From Octopus vulgaris (Eukaryota): DNA of 64,000 bases. Made by a program: the position numbers and the translations under genes. The notes under the pieces are model-generated. The model was given only the letters and a program-made list of their open reading frames with translations, made no database searches and was not told the origin of the DNA. The DNA lies in contig OX597818.1 in NCBI GenBank assembly GCA_951406725.2, positions 99,262,001-99,326,000 on the forward strand. Direction: 5' to 3'. Shown one piece after another: positions 53,672-64,000 of the stretch. Each line of letters opens with the position of its first letter. Position 1 is the first letter of the stretch.

Positions 53672-53763
<92 letters not shown>

Positions 53764-53915
53764 ATATGTGTGTGTGTATGTATGTATGTATATATATATA
53801 TATATGTATGCTTCCGACCAGCATTTTAAAGAATTGTCACTGTTGTCTAGTGGCAATATTCGGCACGAAACCCACTGTAACATTCAGGCCAATCATATTG
53901 CGTAAACAGTAATAT
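52762..53915. repeat. Pair of 106-bp inverted repeats (52762-52867 and 53810-53915)
   Basis: Direct comparison gives about 3 mismatches. Confidence 0.9.
53344..53386 (+). ncRNA. Degenerate hammerhead-like three-way junction
   Basis: gcagt-ca-gtgac-ggc gagaaa gcc-GAAA-ctt cg aag-TC-actgt: stems II and III, GAAA and GUC intact; the CUGANGA box is altered. Confidence 0.4.
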
Positions 53916-53993
53916 ATATATATACATATATACATGTGTATATATATATATACACACACATATATACATGTGTGTGTGTATATATAAATGTAC

Positions 53994-54033
<40 letters not shown>

Positions 54034-54036
54034 TGC

Positions 54037-54074
<38 letters not shown>

Positions 54075-55354
54075 ATGTGTGTGTGTAAATATAAGCATAT
54101 ACACTCACTCACACACACGCACGCACACGCGCGTGCACACACATATAAACATTGTAATATAATCCCTTGTTATATTTGCTTTCTAGGAATTCTTCACACG
54201 CGTGCACGTACATAGATGCCATTTTATATGTTTGCGTATCGGTTTATCTATGCATAATGTGTAGTAATATACGACGTAACAAAAGAAAATGTTTGTTAGG
54301 CATTTGTAGAGAAGATAATTGTGTGTGCATGCTTACATACACATATACAACATACGCTTGCACACATATACATAAATACATAACCACTTACTGCACATAT
54401 ATGTCCTATTCGCAAACGTACAGCAAATAATGCACACATAACTATTTCAAAGAGTGCCTTCGGAGAAATATGATATTCTAGTTTCTTACACAGATTCTGT
54501 CATTTTGCTTTCCAGTTATTCCCACGACTTATAACTGCCTTTGTTTACCTGACAAACACAGTCTAACCCCTCTCCTAGGTCAATTAACAATCACTTTTTC
54601 ATTCATTTATTCGGGTTTTAGTTCTGTTTCACCAAGCATTAATAGAATCTTGGTAGCTGACCTAGATAGTCAGAAAAACTTTTAATATACACAATGCAGC
54701 TCTTTCATGAGCTTATTTTACTATAGACTCCAGTATTTTACCCCCATCACCAATTGCAACAGAACTATACTGCTGCTGCTACTACTACTAGTACAACTGG
54801 TAGTAGTAGTAGTAGTAGTAGTAGTAGTTTAGGTAAAGCTGACATCATCGACCGCACTGGGAATTTCAACAGGTGACTTCATAAAAAAGTAAAAAAACAA
54901 ACTTAATTTAAGTGTGGCACTCAAGTTTCTTCCAATCATCATCTAAAGCAGGATTTTCCAAGGTGGGGTGCACGACCAACCGGTGGGGCGTGGTAATATT
55001 TTGGTGGGATGTATCTTACTTCAGGATGTGCGGCCAGCAGCAAATGAATAAAACTTGCTATATCGCTATGACTAAAACTTACCCCCCCCCACACACACAT
55101 GTATGTACTAACCTTATCCATTCGTCGTACGGGTGCACGATTTATTTATTTTTTTATTTATCTATTTTGCTAGTTATTGAAAAATGTGGAGCGTGGGACA
55201 AAAATGGTTGAGAGATGAATTGAATGATATAAAGCGAATAGTGACGTGGGTACTCGTAGAAATAACGTAAAAAACCCCAAATCTCCTTCAGATTATATTA
55301 TACCCTCTTAAAAGGACAACATTAGATAATGATGTTGGCTCTACGATACACAAT

Positions 55355-55396
<42 letters not shown>

Positions 55397-55402
55397 GTGT
55401 GT

Positions 55403-55568
55403 TTCTTTATTACCCACAAGGGGCTAAACATAGAGGGGACAAACAAGGACAGACAAACGGATTAAGTCGATTACATCGACCCCAGTGCGTAACTCGTACT
55501 TAATTTTATCGACCCCGAAAGGATGAAAGGCAAAGTCGACCTCGGCGGAATTTGAACTCAGAACGTAA
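55403..55568 (-). mobile_element. SINE S2 unit
   Basis: Reverse complement of the 184-bp unit. Older S2-type copies at about 30606-30815, 31216-31540, 43160-43322, 50705-50870, 56615-56810 and 57196-57400. Confidence 0.85.
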
Positions 55569-57950
55569 ATATATATATATATACTACTAATATAGGATAA
55601 ACTTTTTTCAGAAAAATTTCATCAAAAGTGGAAGCATATTAAAATACCTTTAAAGGTGAAAATTATAAACAATCTATAAACAAGGGCAAAAGAAAAAATA
55701 TTTCTATGCCAATATACTGAGAATTAGACTTTAAATCATCAATCACCACATTACAAGGACTCCAGTTGTTCCGACTAACAGAATAGCCTGCTCGTGAAAT
55801 TAATGTGCAAGTGGCTGAGCACTCCACAGACACTCGTACCCTAAACGTAGGTCGCAGGGAGATTCAGCGTGACGCAGAATGTGACAAGACCGACCCTTTT
55901 GAATTACAGATACTACTCATTTTTACCAGCTGAGTAAACTGGAACAACGTGAAACAAAGTGTCTTGCTCAGTCTTGCATATAATACATATACACACATGC
56001 ACGCACACTCAAATATGGATGATTATGGTTGTAATGCCTTTGATCTTTGATCATTGACCTTTTAGATCAAGAATAATCTAGAGCAAAGCAGCTGTATCTT
56101 GAACAACTACAGCATAGACTATTAAAAGATTGCTGAAATAGTACAGAATCAGGAACACCACAACTTTCGTCTGACTTCTATAATTTTTAGAACTTGAACT
56201 GAATAAACATCATCAGTATTCTTCAGTATTCATCTATCATTGATTTGAGTTCAAACAGTATCAGGTTCAATATGTTTTTTACTCGATAAAAGTAATATAA
56301 TTATATAGAATCAGTCGGGCATAAAAAAAATGTCGTGTTGAGACAATTACAACTTCTTGCCGTCAATGTTTCTAGTTTTCGTAGTAAAACGTAACTACTT
56401 TCCCCCACCTCAATCAGTTTATACTAGTCATTAGAATTACCTCAGGTAAAAAAAAAACAACAAAAATGCAAAAAATAGCAAAGAGAAGAAACGGACTCAC
56501 ACAGGAGTTAAAAAAAATGCCTTTAAGGTAATTAACAAACAGACGTTAATTGTCAAGAAGGATGAAACGTCAAATCCAGAAATGTAGCGTTCAGTGGCAT
56601 ATTACAAATAGACTAGCAATATTGAGGAGATGGAGTTAGCCGATATCATCGGCCACAGAACTTGAATTTTACTTTATTTTATAGACTCCCGAAAGGATGA
56701 ACGGTAAAGTTGACCTCAACAGGATTTGAACTCAGAACATAGAACCAGAAGAAGAACTTCAAAGTATTGATTCTTCCGAATGCTCTAACAATCCTGTCGG
56801 TTCGCCGCCATCATGATATTACTAATAATTCTTTCTGCTACTGGCACGAGTAGCAGAATGACGAGTCTCAAAGCTCATATTTGCCAGGAAGACTATATAG
56901 CCGGTTAAAAGTAGATTAAAATATTGATGCTTACTCATGCCTCGAGTAAGTTCTAGCGAGATTTTGACGAAAAGATAAACAAAACAATACAAACAAAACG
57001 AGAACACTAAATATTGTTAAGTATTTAGTCCAACATACAGGCCTTGTAAGTGTGAAAATGACTTCTGCATTTAGTAGAGGGTCACAGATTTGTGGCAAGA
57101 AATTAAGCAACAGATTCGTCTCAAATATACTGCACCACTTTATCAGATTTGTAGCATTTCTATCCAATTTTTCACTCCGTTATAGTGTTAATTAGCCTTT
57201 CTACTATAAGTACAAGGCCCGAAATTTTTGGAGGAGGTGGATAGCCAATTACATCGACCTCAGTGCTCAACTGGTACTTAATTTATAAGCACTGAAAAGA
57301 TAAAATACAAAGTCGACTTCGGCGGAATTTGAACTCAGAACGTAAAGACAGACGAAATGATAAGTATTTTACCCTGCGTGCTTACGATCCTACCAGTTCG
57401 GCACCTTGTGTATTAAATGGAAAAATGGAAAAGCAACACCCAATCTTGCTGAGATTTGCTCATAAATTGTTAAACTATATAAAATATCTTAAGGTAACTT
57501 TATTCAATCCATTTGATAAAAATAGAAAAGAAATGAAAAATCATAATAAATGGGAGAATGGAAGAATTTTTCAGTTCCAAAAAGATGATAATCGACTGAT
57601 AATATTATATTCAGCCAAATGTAGGCATACTAAACGTAAGTTTTGATGGTTTGTGCCTGGCAATAATATTTAACATACATTGATTTCGACTACTGTACGT
57701 ATGAAGAATACGTTGGTGAACTGAGAAGACTATGTTTACATAGTATGTAAATTGGGCACTAACTGACTTTGTGTTTCGTTGTGGAAGGCTGAAATTAACT
57801 TATGGGTTATAAGAAAGTGGTTGAATACTACCAGTAGTAAACTTACACAGCACCCATCCCCTCTCAAAAGTGATCTAATGTCTGTTTTCTGAGGTAAAAG
57901 GATCAATCAATCAAAAAATTAACCAACTGAAAAACAGTCTTGAATGCAGA

Positions 57951-58007
57951 TTTATTATTATTATTATTATCATCATCATCATCATCATCATCGTCGTCGT
58001 TGTCGTC

Positions 58008-58064
<57 letters not shown>

Positions 58065-58079
58065 GTTATTATTATTATT
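57951..58079. repeat. Compound (ATT)n(ATC)n(GTC)n(ATT)n trinucleotide repeat
   Basis: Direct reading. Confidence 0.95.
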
Positions 58080-60004
58080 GACCAGGAACAGCACTAATTT
58101 GGTGAAAAATAGGAGTCGTTTTATTTTGTTAAGTGTTTGGGAAATGTGGCATAAGCTGGTTTAAATTTAAAGAAGAATTTTTGGAAACTGGCTAAAAATA
58201 ATGAAATACAATGACAGCATTCGACAATATGTGTTTAAATAGATTAATGTGTTGCTTTAGAAATGATTGGTAGAGCGAGGGGAACTTTATACACGCATGA
58301 TCACATATTAAATAAGATTAATTTGTAACTTTGGCAGAAGGTCACATATTTTGTGGGCGGGAACCGCTGATTGAATCGATTCTCTTCTCTATTTGACTTG
58401 TTTTATCAACCTCGGCAAGATGAAAAGAAAAGTCTATCAGGATGGATTTGAACTCAGAACATAAAGTAACGTAAATACTGCCAAATATTCTGTCTGGTGT
58501 TTTTACTAACTCAACTATTCTCCACCCTCTCTATATATCAAATAAGATGAATAAAATAAAAATATTGATTTATTTTGCGCATTATTGCAATTTCAGTCGA
58601 TATATGTATATTTTATTTTTTACCTTTCGTGATCTTAGGTATTCACCAATGGATTATCAGCCTTAGTGACCTTTTCCTATGAAATCTGGTACCGATTTCC
58701 GACAGCTAAGTAATCTAAGACATGTTGGGTTAGTGTCCATTCTCAAAAGCACAACAAAACACGCGCAGCAGCAAATCTAAACACATGACTGATGTTAAGA
58801 ATAAAGAAGAATATTAGCATTATTGTTGCCATGTTAGAAATCAATATATTAATGTTAGACCTGATTATCAATATTATCGATTTCTTACACTGACACAAAA
58901 TCATACATTTATAGGAGAGGAGTAGTGCTGATTGAATCGACTATTAGTATATTACTTACAATTTTTTCGATTCTGTTAAGATGAAAGACAAAGTCAATTT
59001 TGGCTAGATTTTAATTTTGAAAGTAAAGAACATAATTAAATACTGCAAGAAATTTCTGCCCTGCGCTCTGCTTATTTCTACCATCCACCACTTTTATAAA
59101 TCGTTACAATTAAAATGGCGAAAGAGGTGGATGGCACGCCGTAGGAAGCATCATTCTGGGTTTGACTTCAAATCCTGTCAGCCGGCTTTGCTTTTTATTT
59201 CTGAACGATAGATAAAACATGCACAAGTCAGAAACTGGTTCTGATTTAATCGACTTGATCTCCCTTCCTACCCTTCTCAGCAAAACGTGTACGTGTGTTT
59301 GACGATAGATTTATAGGGTAAGGTGCAATACATTGGTTTGATTCCAGTACCTGACTGCTACTTGTTTCAACTATAGTAGGATGGCAAAAGCTAAATTCAC
59401 CTTAAACGCTCTATGAATGAATTTTCAACGTAGAAAGATACTCAAAGTGATATTTATATCTCATTCGCTAAAAGCTAAGAAATCTGATCTATACATTGTT
59501 ACACATGAACTCTTCAGGATTTTGGAGAGATTAATACATTGCATACACATATATTTGACTACTTGGAACAATAAAATATTTTCATAAAAATTTCGTGAAC
59601 AGGTGTCTATTTATAACTGGGACAATTCCACAGATTAATGTTATTATTCCGTAATGCATAAATGTTTCAACATCCTAGGTTTTCTAAGAAAAAAAAAAGG
59701 ATTTCGGAAAGATAGAAAATATGTGGGTATAGATGTGAAAGTACATTTCATCGAGAGAAGCTTGCGAAGCGCATAATAAGCGTAAATGTAATAACGGAAA
59801 GAGCAAGAGACATATACACATGCATTCCTGCATGCATACATGCTTCCATCCATCCACGCACGCACGCACACACACACATACATATATACATGCATACATA
59901 CATAGCTATTTTAATTTATGCACGCTTGCTGTACCACTGGAAATCAAGTATAGAATTAGTGCAAAAAGTACATCTATCTAACTATCTATCTATCTGTTTG
60001 TCTA

Positions 60005-60040
<36 letters not shown>

Positions 60041-60041
<1 letters not shown>

Positions 60042-60798
60042 TAGCAGTATCGCCCGGCGTTGCTCAGGTTTGTAAGGGAAATAACTATAAAGCATTTTTA
60101 GAGAGTTATAGCCAAAAAATAGAAAAAAAATGATGGTAAATTTTTTTTGAGAGTTAAAACAGGTGGAGTTGCGTCTCCTAGACGGTCTGTGGTTTGGGTT
60201 TCTCATTCTCGACCCCATGTCGAATTTATCGATTTTTTCAGAACTGGGGGAACTTTTCAAAATTTTCGCTGCGTTAGTTTTGAATTATGACATTGGGCTA
60301 TGTGTGTGTCAAGTTTCATCAGAATCGGTTGAAAGCCGTGGTCAGAGTGAGGGTACGAGAAAACAGACACACAGAAACACGCACAGACAAACTGCCGTTT
60401 ATATAGAGAGAGATAGCAGTATCGCCCGGCGTTGCTCAGGTTTGTAAGGGAAATAACTATAAAGCATTTTTAGAGAGTTATAGCCAAAAAATAGCAAAAA
60501 AATGGAAAAAAAATGATGGTAAATTTTTTTTGAGAGTTAAAACAGGTGGAGTTGCGTCCCCTAGACGGTCTGTGGTTTGGGTTTCTCATTCTCGACCCCA
60601 TGTCGAATTTATCGATTTTTTTTCAGAACTGGGGGAACTTTTCAAAATTTTCGCTGCGTTAGTTTTGAATTATGACATTGGGCTATGTGTGTGTCAAGTT
60701 TCATCAGAATCGGTTGAAAGCCGTGGTCAGAGTGAGGGTACGAGAAAACAGACACACAGAAACACGCACAGACAAACTGCCGTTTATATAGAGAGAGA
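60041..60798 (-). mobile_element. Head-to-tail dimer of a non-autonomous Helitron, family B (60041-60413 and 60414-60798)
   Basis: Two near-identical ~375-385 bp units; A|TC 5' end, gagcaacgccgggcgatactgCTAG|T 3' end; inserted in (TA)n. Confidence 0.9.
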
Positions 60799-60818
60799 TA
60801 TATACATACATACATGTA

Positions 60819-60886
<68 letters not shown>

Positions 60887-61031
60887 GTATGTACATATAT
60901 ATATGTATACACACACCTATAGGAAGTTTACTCGGGTACTCAATAATGAATCCGCCGCATCTTATGACTGAAACAGCTGTAAGCAAATGAAGTTCGTAAG
61001 ATAATCGTTTATTCTTTCATCATCTCTTTTT

Positions 61032-61035
<4 letters not shown>

Positions 61036-61089
<54 letters not shown>

Positions 61090-61163
61090 GTATATATATA
61101 TACATATGTATATATATACATGTATATATATACATGTATATATATATACATGTATATATATAT

Positions 61164-61203
<40 letters not shown>

Positions 61204-61363
61204 ATATATATATATACATATGTATATATATATACATGTATATATATATACATGTATATATATATATACATGTATATATATATATATATATATGTAGGTA
61301 TATATATATATATATACATATTAATATATATATATATATTATGCACGTATATATGTGTGTGTA

Positions 61364-61410
<47 letters not shown>
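61036..61410. repeat. (TA)n tract with periodic CATG interruptions, followed by (GA)n; (CA)n at 61540-61640
   Basis: Direct reading. Confidence 0.9.
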
Positions 61411-61537
61411 TAGGGAGAAAGGGAGAGAGGGAGAAAGTTATAAATATATATAATCTTAAATTATTAAAATATGCATGTGCGTATACGAATATATATATAT
61501 TGTGTGCATGTATATTCAAACACACATACTCATATAG

Positions 61538-61613
<76 letters not shown>

Positions 61614-61810
61614 ACACACACGTACACACACACACACGTACAAATATGCATGCATGTATATAAAACGGCATTAGATGGTAAGATGAGCAGGAAATTAGAT
61701 TACAATCGATTGCAGCGGACACAGCAAACATCTTCGCCTCCAACTGTGTGTGTCTGGATGAAATTTAAATGGAACGCTGGTGGATTGTTTAAGATCAGAG
61801 ACAAACAGGA

Positions 61811-61854
<44 letters not shown>

Positions 61855-62237
61855 GAACAGTGAGAGAAAGAGAGAGAAGAAGAAGAAGAGAGAGGTATAG
61901 TGAGAGACAGAAAGATATAGACAAAGAAGACAGACTGGCAAACTAACAAGATAGATCAGCAAAAACACTAAAGAAAATGGTAGATATCTGTAGAATACAT
62001 GGCAAAACAGAACAGCAGACTAAGATAAACTCGTAGACAGACATATCTGATGAAAAATGAGTGGACAGGAAAAAACAAAAAAAGATCGGCAAACAAACTA
62101 CATTGGTTAAGGTATATGAGCAACAATATAGAAGTAGACATAGGAGACAGACAAGTGGTATAGCGGACAGATAATATAGACGGACAGAGTGAAGATTGAG
62201 AAATGAGACAATAGTACAGACTAGGTATATGAGCAGG

Positions 62238-62831
62238 GGAGCTGGCAGAAACGTTAGCACGCCGGGCGAAATGCTTAGCGGTATTTCGTCTGCCGCTACG
62301 TTCTGAGTTCAAATTCCGTCGAGGTCGACTTTGCCTTTCATCCTTTCGGGGTCGATTAAATAAGTACTAGTTATGCACTGGGGTCGATGTAATCGACTTA
62401 ATCCGTTTGTCTGTCCTTGTTTGTCCTCTCTGTGTTTAGCCCCTTGTGGGTAGTAAAGAAATAGGTATTTCGTCTGCTGCTACGTTCTGAGTTCAAATTC
62501 CGCCGAGGTCGACTTTGCCTTTCATCCTTTCGGGGTCGATTAAATAAGTACCAGTTATGCACTGGGGTCGATGTAATCGACTTAATCCGTTTGTCTGTCT
62601 TTGTTTGTTCTCTCTGTGTTTAGCCCCTTGTGGGTAGTAAAGAAATAGGTATTTCGTCTGCCGCTACGTTCTGAGTTCAAATTCCGCCGAGGTCGACTTT
62701 GCCTTTCATCTTTTCGGGGTCGATTAAATAAATACCAGTTACGCACTGGGGTCGATGTAATCGACTTAATACCTATGTCTGTCCTTGTTTGTCCATTCTA
62801 TGTTTAGCCCCTTGTGGGTAATAAAGAAATA
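62238..62831 (+). mobile_element. SINE family S2, trimeric insertion
   Basis: Head gagctggcagaaacgttagc then three 184-bp units (62280, 62464, 62648); flanking direct repeat taggtatat(g/a)agcaggg. Confidence 0.9.
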
Positions 62832-63198
62832 GGTATATAAGCAGGGAATCTTCTAGATAAACAGAAAAAGACGAAGAGGAAAATGGAGGACGACAAGGAT
62901 GATAGAAAAAGAAAGGGAGGTACCTAAATAGGAAGCTTGAAAGCATTCCATGCTCCCAGAAAGTGGCTTTAGAATTCCAATAACAAGTGATATTTATAAA
63001 TAATGATTAAATTGCTGCATTTATTTATTCGGCCCAGAAATGTAAAAAGGCAAATTGGATCAATGCAGAATTTGAGCTCAGAGTTATAAAACGTAATAAA
63101 TAGGATCGTATATTTAATTTATCATTTTGGTGCAGAATTTCAAACAATAAAAAAAATTATGAAATAAAAGAAATTAATTAACTAAATTAATATGCATA

Positions 63199-63368
63199 GG
63201 CGTAGGAGTGGCTGTGTGGTAAGTAGCTTGCTTACGAACCATATGGTCCTGGGTTCAGTCCCACTGCGTGGCACCTTGGGCAAGTGTCTTCTACTATAGC
63301 TTGGGTTGACCAAAGCCTTGTGAGCGGATTTGGTAGACGGAAACTGAAAGAAGCCCGTCGCGTATATG

Positions 63369-63433
<65 letters not shown>

Positions 63434-63645
63434 ATATGTTTGTGTGTCTGTGTTTGTCCCCCCCCCAACATCGCTTGACAACCGATGCTGATGTGTTTAC
63501 GTCCCCGTAACTTAGCGGTTCGGCAAAATAGACCGATAGAATAAGTACTAGGCTTACAAAGAATAAGTCCCGGGGTCGATTTGCTCTCGACTAAAGGCGG
63601 TGCTCCAGCATGGCCGCAGTCAAATGACTGAAACAAGTAAAAGAG
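63199..63645 (+). mobile_element. Full-length tRNA-derived SINE, family S1, with internal (TA)n(TG)n
   Basis: A box tggctgtgtgg, B box ggttcagtccc, ccttgggcaag motif, 3' tail gactgaaacaagtaaaagag. Confidence 0.9.
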
Positions 63646-64000
63646 TATGCGCACTTGAAACACCCTAAACTGAAATACCAGTATTTACGCATTTATATGT
63701 ATGCAAACATTGAACTGTATAAGCCTTAATGTATATCTCGTAGATATCAGTGAATACTTTGTCTGAAGATTTCCATATATCGGAACAAATAATTTTCAAC
63801 TTGGCTTAAATCATCCAGGATATTCGTCACTGAGGAGACAAAATCGAAACACTGTTTGGCGTTCCACCAGAGATCTGAGCGAAACCATGCGTTTTTAACA
63901 CAAAAATCTCTTTTGGATGTTTCTTTGAGATAAATCTTACAGCTAGTGCAGTTCTACGTTTGTATACATACCATAGATGCGTATATACGCAGGTACATTA

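Noticed and set aside
57903-58164. Poly-N/D or poly-L/S protein
   Set aside because: Trinucleotide microsatellite with no splice or coding context.
63199-63275. tRNA gene (also the SINE heads at 4.7, 37.1, 46.8 and 49.7 kb)
   Set aside because: A/B boxes only, no full cloverleaf, and continuous with SINE bodies.

Overview
This is eukaryotic, very AT-rich, microsatellite-dense DNA. Its repeat families (tRNA-derived SINEs, an RTE-tail element, mariners, Helitrons) look like an octopus/coleoid cephalopod genome, which I infer from recalled repeat families rather than a search. Almost all ORF-track entries are microsatellite or transposon artefacts. One host coding exon is well supported: minus strand 12092-11873, ATG plus a hydrophobic N-terminus ending at a CAG|GTAAGT phase-1 donor, with a likely promoter near 13.0 kb. 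Weaker minus-strand splice signals at about 45.0, 32.7, 28.0 and 27.8 kb may mark a second transcript spanning a CpG-depleted block at about 18-43.6 kb. Mobile DNA includes a decayed autonomous Helitron (4.9-7.1 kb) and three young non-autonomous Helitron copies with a related 3' end, two of them a head-to-tail dimer. There is also a mariner built from two 5' arms, several MITEs, multimeric and tail-swapped SINEs, an RTE-tail family with a variable hairpin-unit array, Penelope-type degenerate hammerhead motifs, and a frameshifted C2H2 pair. There is no CRISPR array, rRNA or true tRNA. I cannot demonstrate a new biological system from sequence alone; the best leads are listed as findings.
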